Shown: piece after piece, positions 1-12,569 of the stretch
Layout: every line of letters begins with the position of its first letter
Position numbering within the stretch: the stretch's first letter is position 1
The notes under the pieces: model-generated
Database searches by the model: none
Told to the model about the DNA's origin: nothing
Seen by the model: the letters and a program-made list of their open reading frames with translations, nothing else
Assembly: GCA_000934665.2 (NCBI GenBank)
Contig: JYFJ02004219.1
Coordinates: forward strand, 1 to 33,861
Direction: 5' to 3'
Length of the DNA stretch: 33,861 bases
From: Catajapyx aquilonaris
Lineage: Eukaryota
Translations under genes and position numbers: made by a program

Positions 1-99
1 TGCGGTTCTCCCGATCATCTCTTCTCGACCAAAAAGGAAAATAACTGGAATGAAGGTCAGGCACTCGCAGCAGGTCCCAGGCGTAACCATGGAACCCCA

Positions 100-456
100 A
101 TAATATTATAATAATAATATTGGGTTTAGTGCTCCGCCCAATGGGAATCCGGCACAGTACCTTCATTTGCTTTGTAGTACAGCTAGTATAAGATCGTCCT
201 TTTACCGTAACGCCCTGGTACAGCGAGCAATAGGGAAGGTGACAGGAGGGGATGTGCAAGGTGCAGTGCAGTACAGTTGCTTAGGTCATTTTGTGAACTC
301 CCCCGGATGGTTTCGTATATTGGAAATACCATCCGAGACGAAGTCAGAGATGGCCTTGAACTCTGCACGAGATGAAGGGGGTGTCCCTAGGCAGGATGTG
401 ATCCCGGCACCTTAACATCCGTGGGCGCATACGTTACCGCAGCACCACCGCTTCCC
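100..456 (-). mobile_element. Degenerate tRNA-derived SINE with a (TTA)-rich tail
   Basis: Head gggaagcggtggtgctgcggtaacgtatgcgcccacggatgttaagg aligns by eye with the SINE head at 12906. AT-rich (TAT)n tail near 100-122. No TSD found. Confidence 0.55.
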
Positions 457-947
457 TACTGAAAAAGTACTCACATGACATCATAACAGACACGTCCAAT
501 GTTCCATGTGTAAACCAGCCAATAAAAGTAGAAAACTACCACTACCTCATTATTTTACTTTTTGTGATAAACACTGCAGAATTATTGGTGGTGTATGGGT
601 CTTAATTACAATAAGTAGTCATTCAAGTAATATAAAAGTTAGAAATAAGGTAAACTGCTACTAGTAAACAATTAAACTGACATGGTAATTGTGACATCAT
701 TAAAACTATTTTTATAAGTTAAAATGCAATTATTTACCCCTAATGTGAGACTTCCAGGAGTTTCCAGCAGCTTAGACTTACGCCACAAAAATTATAAAAA
801 TTTCCATAGACAACCCAATGCACCCCAATTATTATTTAACCTAACATTTACGATTACATTGTGGTCATGCCTCAAAGTTTCATCTTCCCCTTTCAAATGT
901 TGCCATTGTACTATAGTTTCGAAAAATTTTCACGTAAGTATAGTCTG

Positions 948-1094
948 GTATCAACAGTGCAAAAAGAACTGTCCCAGTCATCCTGACGTGTGGGCTGGCC
1001 GCTCGACACACACCATGTAAGTTACATGGTGTGTGTCGAGCGGGCAGCACACACATCAGGATGACTGGGACAATTCTTTTTGAACTGATGATAC
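948..1094. repeat. 147-bp near-perfect palindrome (foldback/MITE-like) with a 1-nt loop
   Basis: 73-bp arms centred on base 1021 (accatgtaa-g-ttacatggt), about 6 mismatches. TA near both ends. Confidence 0.9.
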
Positions 1095-4000
1095 ATCTCC
1101 AACTTTAGCATTTTCCAGTTTTTGGTTCAGTTGCCATTTGTCAGAGATGCCTAAAAAATGTTGAAAATGGCGCAAACATGGATCAGACTGCATGTCAACC
1201 AGGAAAAACCTACATTACACTGTTCCTCTTCACCTGGGCAAAAAAGTTAAGTCATGCTTACCAAAAAAATAGTTTCGCATTTTTGTGCATGTGCAATTTC
1301 TTTTGTGTGCATGCGCCCTGCCTCTGATGGCAACATGCCAGTGAATATTGTTTTTAAAGCTGAAAGATATTAAATGAGGTCTGAATCATGATATTTTTGT
1401 TGAAAGTCATGGTTAAAAAATACAGCTTTAGACAACTTATGTTCTGTATACCAATAACGCAATAAGTAGTTCATCAGTTCGCAGTAAATAATTTTTGCAC
1501 AGGTTTGCATATGGACAAATGTGTGGTTGATGTTCCGTATCACAATGACTTCTTACAGCCTATGTAAAGAATTTCTATTACATATGTCTCTTACATCAAT
1601 TATTTCACAATTTCTATAATTTTCGCAACGATTCTGCTATGGGTTGTCAATAACCTATTAAGTATTAAAGTCAATGCACGAGGCAGGTAAAAAATTCTGG
1701 GGAATGGTAATTGGCAATTTAATGCCAGGTTGATGCAGAGAGGGGGGGTGGGGGAAGGGAGAGAGAGGGGGGGGGGGAAATGTGTGTGTCTCTAGGGTAC
1801 TGATGCAAAATCCCATTACCAGTGTTTGTCGTTGCAAAAATTATCATTCTAATGCCTCAACATATCATGGTTAGCTATCACACCAGAATGTAACTAAATT
1901 GCAGACTGTGTATAGAGTGCTTCAGGTTCATAGAAAGTCGCACCAATTTAATACCCCACTTTTTCTACACGCCCCTCCCACCCCACGAAATTCATTCAGG
2001 GCAGGAAGAAAATGTAATATTCTGGTAAATGATGGTGCCAGTCCCTTCAAAGTGAATTACATACCTTTTTAAAACCATACAAACATGTTCAAGTTAAACT
2101 CAGTCTTGTCCTACCTATTTTAGTATTGTGAAAATCTGCACATATTTATTTAATATTTTATTAAATATCAATTATTAAACAATATGCAACTCTAAAAATC
2201 GGGTGTTATCTAACATTGCTAGAAAAAAATCAAATCAAATAAGGTCACTGGAGCTGCCTGAGGCAATTTTAAATAGGCAAAAATTGCACATTTCAAATAC
2301 AGATTTCCACCTTAGATTTCCATATTACAGGAATAGATAGGGCAAAACCAAATTTCATTCTTCATCTTAAGACCTGCCACTAAAAATAAGTAGCAGTTAA
2401 GGGGGGATAAAAATCCTAAATGGGATCCTTTATATACTAGGTAAATAAACACTCTGTATAATGCATATCAAAGCAGTCATATACATAGGCACTACAATTT
2501 ACTTCATGATACAGTCTAGGTGAGCACTAATCACAGACTACCAAGCACCATGTTAAGAAAGTATCACTTTTATCACAGCACTAATATCAATCGTATGTAG
2601 TGATGAAAAAACTGATTTCAAGCAGAGAGCTAGACAATGTTATGCAATCAAGTTACAAACAACACATGCACTCAGAAAAGTAGTGGTGCATGTAGCAGGG
2701 CAAGCTTCAAAAGATGAACCACATATAACTGAACGGAAGTAGCAAAATCCCTATGTAACATGAATTTCCTATTTGCAAAACTTTACATGCAACATTCTGC
2801 AAAAATCATGCCAACCCCAGCATGTGCATTGTTATTTAATGCTTTGCACACTTCATTGTAAGGTTTCAGGGTTAATCAACACAGCCACAATCGTATGCCC
2901 ACTGAAAAACCCATAACCCATACGCTTACACTATCATACATGGCACATAATTTTCAACAGTCTGTAGTTGTTACCTTTGGACTTCAGTTATCACTAACAC
3001 TTTTTAAGCCGCCAGATCTATGATATTCGCATAAATGTGACATTCAGCTATCTCAACACCACTTCATTTGTATGAAAATGTACTGATTGTGTGACACAGT
3101 GAGTTCCATTATCTAGGGCAGCAATCTTAAAACCTTTTTTGTTGGCATGAGCTCTGGTCTTCTGCATTGTGCTGCAACCCTATAAGCAAGTCCTTTGACA
3201 CAGTTCCCCAAGCCCCCCTTCCCATAACTGCATAGATTCATCTTGTAGTTAAAACAACTCATGATCCAAATGTACTCCAAAAAGCATATGATTTCCTTGA
3301 ATTACGATGTTACAACTGTTCTCATTAATACTGGAAGATTTACTCAACTAATAAACCAGCCATGACACCAAGTAGCTTCACATCAGCATTTTGATATGTA
3401 TGTGTACCTTTGTGGTCCGCTGACCACAAGACAAAGACAGTGAATCTAGTGCAACACTGACACATCATATAGTAGGACTTGGTGTGACTTGCCTTGTTAT
3501 TATCATTTTTATAGATTACTACAGTCCTAGATAGATACAAGTATTATTTACATGAGTTACTTTTCTCTATCTACTGTTAGTGCATAAGATATAATTAGAC
3601 AAATAAATCTCTTGTGAGAACCTGTAGTTGGTCAGCAAAATGACAGTGCATGTTTCCTGCACAAATGCTACTGTCTATCACTCATATGCTTCTATTGTTT
3701 GTCCACTGCCTTTACTGTCTTTCCTGCAACTTATAGGTCATTGGCTCCCCATTCACTATATGCTGAGACTTAGGCTGTTGATGTATTTCCTGCTTGGTAC
3801 CACTTATGCAGACATTTTTAGCATGTCACTTGCATGTCATTATAATACGACTCTGCTGATGCCAGACCATTCCTCTGCAGAGCTCCACACATATCCTTAA
3901 AATGCAACTTGAAATAACTAGAAGAAAAACTACAATGATAACCATCAGCTTCATTACCAATATCCCTACACTTTAGAAAATGGTAACTCAGCAAGTGAGG

Positions 4001-4609
4001 AATTGACAATGATGTGTGTCATAGTAATTTTCATATTTTTTGGACCCCCTATCCTGATGTCATGCACAATCTGAACCCCCCTTTCAAGAAGTATGTCAAG
4101 CTGCCGTGACCCCACCCTCACTCTTTCATCCTCCACATAAATTGACTTTGGGATTTATAAGCTGTACTTAAAAAATTAAGAGTTCATGGTTTCAATCAGG
4201 ACCAAATGTTTCCTTTATGAGAGCACGTAAAAAAAAAAAAAAGAAGCATGGACACACATGACTGGGGCAAAAATACAGACTTCCAGATGTTTTCTGAGGT
4301 GATTACTCTGTGCCCCAACTGCCTTAATTCCTTCCCACAGATTGGAATGCCATTCAAAATGGCTCCTCTTACTTCCACTGGCCTGCTCCAGCCTCCCTCC
4401 TCCATCCCCAGTGGCCACAATCTCACCTAGTGGGCAAATATTGTGTAGGAATTTTCAAATACTGGTTTCAAGCAAATCTCGACAGTGGCTCACAGGTAGG
4501 AAACTGGCTTTTGGTTCAGCTTGGCATCAAATATATTTGAGAACCTCAAAAAATGAATATTGTGTGCATTTGATAAGTTATAAATTATTTTACTAATCAG
4601 TTATTAATA

Positions 4610-4855
4610 CGAAGAGCACAGGGGAAAAACGGGGAATGTCCAATTCCGTTGGGGTTCCAGCCAAGTGCACAGTACAAGAGTAGCATAGGTGACACTTATA
4701 CCTGGAGGCTTTCCATGGGTACAAGGGTGACAGTTGCATATAATGACGTGAAGATATCCCTATTATTCTTTAGACACGTGAAGAAATAAAGCAATTTCCT
4801 CGATTTTTAATGGACATTTTTTGTGACATTCCCCGTTTTCCCCCTGTGCTCTTCA
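4610..4855. mobile_element. Tc1/mariner-type MITE
   Basis: About 31-bp TIRs gaagagcacagggg(a/g)aaaacggggaatgtc, with TA on both sides (4608-4609, 4856-4857). Confidence 0.8.
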
Positions 4856-5685
4856 TATGTATAATACATTGAGAAATTATTCTCTAAGTTTCAACTAGAT
4901 CTTACTCCATGCTGTATTCATCTCATACCAACATCAATTCTCTTATTAATCCCCTAATTTTTTTAAAAAAAAGTATATGCCACATGTTTCATAAATCTGC
5001 TTACAATCGTATTGGTGAAAATGCCACGAGCACTCCTATGTCAAGTTGATATTCCTGAGCCTACCTATTTGAGTTGGCCAGAAGTAGTGAATGCACACTT
5101 CCCCCTAATACCGTCGCTGTATACACCCCTTACTCCCATTCCACTCTCCCTTTTCTCCCTCTCAGAGGGTCAACAGGACTTGTGTGCATACACAACATTT
5201 CTGCTGATACAAATGTAAACTTAATTATGACACACACTATATGTACATGGTGTTTCTTACTAGTGGGACACCTGGTCACCAGTGTGACTGGTTTGGCCAT
5301 ATGAGTGCTGAAAAGTTTTTAAATTTTACGATGCAATTGAATCTTGTGTCCAGTCAAGTACAAAACTATTTTCTTTGATTTGTGGCATGTAATCTTTGAA
5401 GTTACTCACATGCACACTATTCGTATCGTAAGGGGCTGCCCATATAGATAATTTAGCAAACCACATGTAAACTTTGACATCTTCCAGCATAACTTTGCAC
5501 TTTTATAAATATTATAGGGTACCCATATTTCCCACTTACAGTAATACGGTCTTTCAATTTACAATGAGAAAGTTTCTTAAATCAATTAATATTTCAAGTA
5601 AGAAGTACACTGTTAACCATGGAAGAAATATATAGATTCCAGATGGGTGTATTTTTTTCCCAATGAGGGTATTATGTATTTCAGG

Positions 5686-5905
5686 CAGTGGTTGGCACGC
5701 TAACCGACATTTTTAGTTACGCTAACATCTGCTAACTGCTAATTTGATTAGCTAAACGTGGGCGGCGCTAAATCGCTAATGATAAACAGCTAGAATGATT
5801 AGGGGGATTTTCACTGACCTTTCTAGCTGTTTAGCATTAGTTGTCCATGGTTTTACTGATGTGAGCAAGTTAGCTGTTATCGAAAGTTAGCGGTGCCCAC
5901 CACTG
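5686..5905. mobile_element. hAT-type MITE
   Basis: Termini CAGTGGT(T/G)GGCAC...CCACTG, 8-bp TSD atttcagg/attacagg (7/8), internal GCTAA/TTAGC subrepeats. Confidence 0.8.
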
Positions 5906-6310
5906 ATTACAGGTTCCAGTTGCAACTGTCAACTCTACTTCAAAAACCCATGACTCCCCTGCAGTCTTTTCCTGGGCCGAAACTAGTCTTCTAGTGGACC
6001 CACATACAAATCCAGTCGCAGCCATGAACAATGTAACTAGTACTGTAATGTTAATCACACCTTACCTGAATCCCGGAGAGAACCATTTGACCCATTCCTT
6101 GTCCACTATATCATATGAACATTTAATGATATTTTGCATTGTATGCCACCATGCATAATTATTATGGAAGGAAGGTTACTACACAGGATCCTACTAGAAT
6201 TATTTCCAAGTAATTTTAAATTCTCTAAAACACAAGATCTTGTCTCTCTGCCCTTGGACAGACAATAGAGTGCAAGTGTGCCCGGATATGTTGGATGAAA
6301 GGGTGTAAAA

Positions 6311-6839
6311 CAGGGGTATTCAACTAGTTTCTGACAAGGTCCAGTATTTACCTTTCCTGGGCCATTGAAGGTCCGAACCCCCCCCCCCCCCGGATAAAAA
6401 TATATAGATTTTATATGGTACCACAGGATTCATATTCGAAAATATAAACATGTGCAGCAAGGGTAGAAGGGCCTATCAAGACAGGGTATATTACGACATT
6501 TTCGCCCTTTATGATGTCCTGTATACAGGGGCGTAGGCAGAAGAATTTCGGAGGGGGGCCCGTTTCGTAAGCACAAGGTGAACAAGCCGTAAAGGGTAAG
6601 GAACGAGCCCGGCGCAGGCGAAATTTTTTGGGGGGTTCAAGGTCACACGAGATTAGGTGAGATGAGGGAGATTTGAATAGGTGTGTATTTGATGAAATTG
6701 GTAGCACTTTTTCCAAAAAAAAAATCATGAATTAGTAATTTATCATGCTATTTCAAACTGTCCTGTATATTGTCGCGGTCCGGACAAAATTGCGTCGCGG
6801 TCGGGATCCGGACTGCGGGCCGCCAGTTGAATATCCCTG
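6311..6839. mobile_element. hAT-type MITE carrying a nested insertion
   Basis: TIRs caggggtattcaact / agttgaatatccctg, with a perfect 8-bp TSD gtgtaaaa (6303-6310, 6840-6847). Confidence 0.88.
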
Positions 6840-7092
6840 GTGTAAAACATCCAACTAAGTTCTGTGCTAGGTCAAGATATCTAACCTCAAACTGATATGA
6901 CAACTTGTATTTTCAGGCCAAAAAAAGTGACCTATAAATCAACAACAGATGATTAAAAATTTAGTTGGGGAGAATATCTCTTAAAATCACTCTCTTGCAA
7001 CTGCATCAAGTTATTTAAATACACTAAAAATCTTTCAAAAAACATCTTAATGAAATGGTGCATAGTCACATATATCCAACAGGGCTATTTAC

Positions 7093-7464
7093 CTTTGTTC
7101 TTCTTGGATCCACTAGCTGGCGAGTCCTTTGGTTTGGGAGGCCTCAAGTGTCCGATGAAATGAACTGTCTCATAACGGTTGGGATCTCCCCTGGACATGG
7201 ATCGCTCAGAAAGCCTGGCGTAAAAAGACCTCCTCTCACCAAAGCAACCAGAATTGGAGGATGTAGTAGCTGCAAAAGCAGTCAGGAATGACATGGATGT
7301 CGACATGTCATCTATGTTGTTGCCCCCTCCATTCTCTGAGCTACTGCTGCCCTCGCCACAATTGTTTTCAGTAGGTGCAGATGGTGTGGAGCTTGTGCTT
7401 GAGCCCACCTCTGGACTTGAAGCACGATCATCTGGAGGACTGCCACCATCATCATCTAGGCCTT
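7093..7464 (-). CDS. Met: Met-like gene, PAS-A insertion plus C-terminal strands (EGLDDDGGSPP...RRSFYARLSERSMSRGDPNRYETVHFIGHLRPPKPK...)
   Basis: Acceptor tttcag (7465-7466), donor G|gtaaat (7087-7092). 372 nt, phase 1-1, open throughout. RRSFY.R.....SRG....YE..H..GHL resembles the Met PAS-A G/H-strand region. Confidence 0.85.
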
Positions 7465-7640
7465 CTGAAAGATAAATTGATAATTTTATTGAATCTTATA
7501 ATAACCTGCTTACTAGCGTAAAATATTGTGCATTTTCTACGCTAGTTTAATAACTCCCTCATGGTCATTGTGTGGTATTAGATCGAGTCTATTCTATGAC
7601 TTGATTCACTAACAATCCTCACTTTTACATAACGCTAACA

Positions 7641-8007
7641 TGTCCGATTGTTGTTGCGATTTTTTTCGCACTAATCTGCTTATTATTACGCAGTTACTTT
7701 GGAATGGCTATTTTAGTGGTTATCAAAATATTTGCTGTGAATATTAGGTAGTACTGTACGTGGGTAGTAACATGAACCCATCCTAACACATGCAAGGGGA
7801 TCTGTCCTGAACAAAATGGGTTCGATCATTCACGTACGATGCCAATAATTGTTCAAATGGGCCATTCCCAATCAAATTCATTGTGATTCAGAGATTTGAG
7901 AGGTGATTCGATTCAGCCTAATATTAAGTTACAGTTTTATAACCACCAAAATTAACTGATTAATAATAAGCAGCTTACTGAGCAAAAATCGCAACAGCAA
8001 TCGGACA
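7641..8007. mobile_element. Old foldback/MITE with diverged long inverted arms
   Basis: tgtccgattgttgttgcgattttt...aatattagg matches the reverse complement of about 7917-8007, with indels. No TSD seen. Confidence 0.65.
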
Positions 8008-8758
8008 AGAATTTTCTGATCACAGTGTATTTATACAACGTACTCGTATTTCATTTGCAGCGCCCCTTGGAATTATCGATTTTTCTGGAACCTAACAACT
8101 TGTAACCAATAGTTACTGTCAAGCCTAATACTGCAGCTAATATATTTCAGCAAATTAAGGTAACTCTCGAAGTAATTGCTTATGAAGGAACTTGTGCATA
8201 AAAGTCGTTAAACGAAACATACACTTCATTGTGCATCAAAATTCACAATTATTAAAACATGTAATGTACAAAAGTGTCCTTAGGAAATCCCTTCACTCGC
8301 CCCCAGAATATCGACGCAAAAAAAAAAAAAGTTCAAAGATTTGCTATACATCGCCAACGAGAGGACGAAATGGGTTCCACAATCAACATCTAGTTCATTC
8401 CAGAGACGGGGGCCCGCACATAATTCTGCACGTTCGCACATTCTAAAATGCGCGTCGACTAGTTTTGCAATTAACTTCCACAGATTTCACTCTGAATGAC
8501 AGGCCTATACGCTCCTGAAAACGTCATCTCAGGTGAACATTTATGACGTGAACGCTCAGAATCATAAAGGTTGGCGAGAGGATATGAGCATATGTGAGGG
8601 GGATGGAAGGTTGGAAATACAGTAGGCCTAATGCAGTAAAACACACGCAGAGAAATGGGTACTGCACTGTGCAACATTTCACTGGAGGTCTTGTCATATC
8701 ATTATGGTTCACCTAATGTGGCCTGTAAACAATTTCTTCGCCCGTCAAGCCAATTCGA

Positions 8759-8767
8759 TTATTGTTG

Positions 8768-8838
<71 letters not shown>
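8759..8838 (+). repeat. (TTA)n microsatellite, possibly a retroposon tail
   Basis: Uninterrupted ATT run preceded by (TTG)3. Confidence 0.95.
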
Positions 8839-9890
8839 GGCGTTTCAGCCAATATTTTCGCGTAACCAAGAATGCACTATCTGTTCTTTTGTGTATGTGT
8901 GTATCGCAAGGCTATAGCTTTATCAATGACCTGTTACTGCCCTCAATGCATTCCTCTTTTGGTGACTACATTTTACAATCGAGTGCGTAAAACTGGCATC
9001 AGAATCTCATGAGTCACGATACTGTTTAGTTACGTAGTCGGCATTCCAAGGTTGAAACTCTGTTTCATGCTCCGAGCCACTGTAACCAACTGTTGTACTG
9101 TGTACGAAACAATCGATGCATATGTCCTGCATCGCAGCGCAACAGTACCCACCACGGTACCCACACATCTGCACCAACACGCCAAATCTCGTAATAAAAA
9201 GAGCAGCCCGAGCAGCCAATTAAAGAAATCCTGTTACGCTCTGCTACCATCCCTGAGGAAAAAAGAAAAAAAAATAAGCAAAAACAAAAAAAAATTGGCG
9301 GGTGGGTCCTCTGGCAAGCACCTCCCAAGGTTACTTTGTACAACTATCTTCTGACGCGATATTAATAGACGGTGGGGGGGAGACACAGTGTATAGCAGCC
9401 ATGAACTTCAATTGTGTGGCAACAATTCGATTCGACCTTGGCCTACCACACTCTCATAGCAGTTGTCGTGCAAGGCTTCACGAAATAACCTGCGACCACA
9501 TAGCATGCTACACGATAGTCCAAAAACAATGCACAGATCTATGAAGGAGGGCCTTCAAAATAGAAAAGCCACGCCGAAAGTTACCTATTCTGGCTTGACC
9601 CGCGGCAACAACTTATTAACCTGTTGAGGCCGACGACCATCATATGATGGCCGAGCATGACGTGTCCCAGGGCCTACGACCATCATATGATGGTTTGCTA
9701 CTTTCGCGCTCAATTGGTCGCATAAAAAAGGAGCCAATGAATTTTAAGCTGCTCTTGCCATGCCATCTCGTGGTTGGTAGTTCAACTATCACGCACTGCT
9801 TGATTGGCTTGAATCAGCGAGGTAAGATGGATGCTGCTGTCCCCTGTTGCCTGAGAGACAAATCTCTGGCGTCAGGCGAATCAGCTCCAC

Positions 9891-10230
9891 TCGTCGGTAG
9901 TAAAATAACAGCTACTTTGCAATAACAGTTATTTAAATAACAGTTACTAGAAATAATTGCAACTTAGCAGCAGGTAGCCATATAGACATTCTGCTTTATT
10001 CGAGCACTGAAAATATTGAAAAAAGTGAGAAGTAATGGGAGAGACTAAATGTGGCAGGGGTAGGGGCACGCTGTGGTGTACAAACATCACGACCAACATA
10101 GTACAATAACGTCATAGCGGATTCGCATTAGCTGCTACTGAGTCGCAAATAGCATAACTGTAACTGCTACTGAGTTGCAGCTATTTCAACTGTTATTGCA
10201 AAGTAGCTGTTATTTCCACTGCTCCGACGA
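9891..10230. mobile_element. Degenerate MITE/foldback element
   Basis: aaataacagctactttgcaataacagtt occurs near 9903 and as the reverse complement near 10188-10215. Outer ends tcgtcgg/ccgacga. Confidence 0.7.
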
Positions 10231-11403
10231 CGGATCTTTGTCCTGAGAGTTGCGTATTGCGGCGCGTGCCCTTGTTCGCATGCATTTCAAGTAACTGTTA
10301 TTTCAAGTAGCCTAACTCGCATTTCCGAAATAAGGTGGGGGNGGGGAGGGGTGGGGAACTCAGGCCGTGGGTATTGCACTTGAAAAGAAAGCCCAGCACA
10401 ATGGAGTGTACTGATATCGGCCAGAATCGGGTTTTAAATGCTCAAGGGACAGTGCTGCATAATTTAATCTTTGTGGATATATCAAACAAATTTTGGCGGG
10501 CACATTAGCTTTTGTTCTATTTTAAAATGTAATACCGAACAACACAGCCAATTATTTGATACAAACTCTGTTCCTGGCATGGTTGTCTATATTTTGTCAA
10601 ACGTACAATACCGGTACGTGAACAACGGTAAGTTCATGTTAGGTAACATATTTGTGATATACAGGTATTGAAAACATTGCCCATTATTGATGACTGATAG
10701 TAAATCGAATTACTATTATGTGAGAGGGGAAACTGATAGTAGTACGACTACTATAGAAGTAGACAACCTGCAAGCCGGCTTACCCAGGAGGGTCCGGGAC
10801 GAACCTAACCTACATAATTACGTAATACGAGGTACACTGTAAATCACACAGCTGAACCACATTATTTTTGGCTTCGTTTCAAACAATAGCGTAGCATGCT
10901 AATATATAATATCACGTTTCTGTTAGCATTGCTGCAAGTTACAAGTATCTTTATCAAATCGCGAATAAAATTGTGATTATAAACTGCACGCAAACAATGA
11001 TGCAATTTTTACCTTGAAGAAATAAAAACTAAACGTAGGAGTTTCCCTTGGCTCGTTTTCAAAATGAAGAAACTACGACACAACGCGCCGCGCGCAGTCT
11101 AGACTATACTGTTGAAACTCCATAGATCCAGTGCATCATGTAGCAATTTATTTTCCCCTCTACAACAGCACACAGTCAACAGATCCAGTCGGGTTCACTT
11201 GGCGAAACTAATTCCCTTAAAAAAATTGTCATTTTGATGCCCTGACCTTAATCAATGCTGACCCCAAATTTGCGTCAAAGGTCGGTCGTCAAAAGCCCCA
11301 CTAATGCCTATATACAACAATAATTCCTTTTGTGCCCAACCACAAGCCTTTATGTGCTCATCTGGGCATGGTTATGAACATAGTGTACGCACTGTATGTG
11401 TAG

Positions 11404-11731
11404 GGCCGTGTTCACATCGGGCAACGAGCCCAGATGAATGATCCGACTAATATCCCTGTGCTACACAGGGTTCACACGGTGTCGTTTTCTTTGCCTTTGC
11501 GTCGTTGTGGTTGGGATTCACCAATCAAAGCGGGGAGAACCCATCCTCGTTGTTGCCATAAGCAACAACGTCTCAAAGACAGCGACGCCCTTGTGAACCC
11601 AGATTTATCTGAGTCGAACTCCTTGTGTGGGAGTAAGTGAACTATGATCCATCCGCATTTAACCTATATATGATGAAGGTCGACACATACGAGTCGGGTA
11701 GTGTAACCCGCCAGGCTTAATGAACACAGTC
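11404..11731. mobile_element. Degenerate PIF/Harbinger-like MITE(s), possibly nested
   Basis: Inner pair gggttcacacggtgtcg (about 11468) / cgacgcccttgtgaaccc (about 11600); outer pair ggccgtgttca / tgaacacagtc. Both resemble the TIR of 24091-24520. Confidence 0.4.
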
Positions 11732-12569
11732 ACGTCGGGTGTGCTCGGTGCAATTTTTCCTCGCATTTCTGTACTAACTGCATGGCAGTACAGGTAGAAA
11801 ATGACCACTCTGCAGCAAGTTTCTCTGTGAGTATTGGCTAAATGCAGGGCATATATGTTGTCCCCACATCAATAAAATAGCTTGAAATAGCCCACATCCT
11901 GCAAGTTATTATTTCATATTTCATGCCGGATTACTGTCCATGCGGTGGAAGGTTCGTGCGCGTAAATGCGGTTCTACTGTAATTATTATCCGCTTGTATC
12001 ACATGCACTCTCTCTCACACACAAGTAATGACGATGTTAAAAATTTCGCATCACATCTGTGCAGTCTCCGGTTTCGGGAGGAAAAAATGACAAATGTACA
12101 GGAAAAAGATGGGCCAAGTCACCTTTTCCATATAACAAAGGATATGGGAGCAAAAAATTCTAGCATATTCTCAACAGAGTAATTGGCGGCTCGCTGCACA
12201 ACGTAATCGAGACTCTTGCAGTCAAGGATATCAATGGACTGTAACAATAAGCATATTATTTTTCCCTCTTTCCCATCATTTCAATTTACTACGTCTGGCC
12301 GGCTTAATTAAGTACAAAGAACTTATGTAACGCTGTTACATCCATTATGCAACATATATACTTGTATAATCACGATGTTTTAGGGATAGTGCAAAAAAAT
12401 CACACTTGCACTTCCGCGGGTGGTATTACAGACTTTCGCGGCAGCGCGACGATTTAAAATTGACTCTTGATAAAGGAACCCAAGCAGTCCTGTTGATATC
12501 CTGAATGGGCATTTACATAGCAATTTGCAAGTAATTGAATGGCATTGGATTGAGCAATGAGCGGTCAAT

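Noticed and set aside
466..575. Possible exon between acceptor ttctgcag and donor gtgagt
   Set aside because: There are stops in all three frames.
1735..1790. G-rich tracts as functional G-quadruplexes (also near 10335 and 19925)
   Set aside because: They are low-complexity runs with no supporting context, and some fall in ambiguous sequence.
6061..6200. Strong minus-strand donor CAG|gtaagg as a possible next Met exon
   Set aside because: The nearby acceptors I tested give in-frame stops in phase 1, and the peptide has no PAS-like motif.
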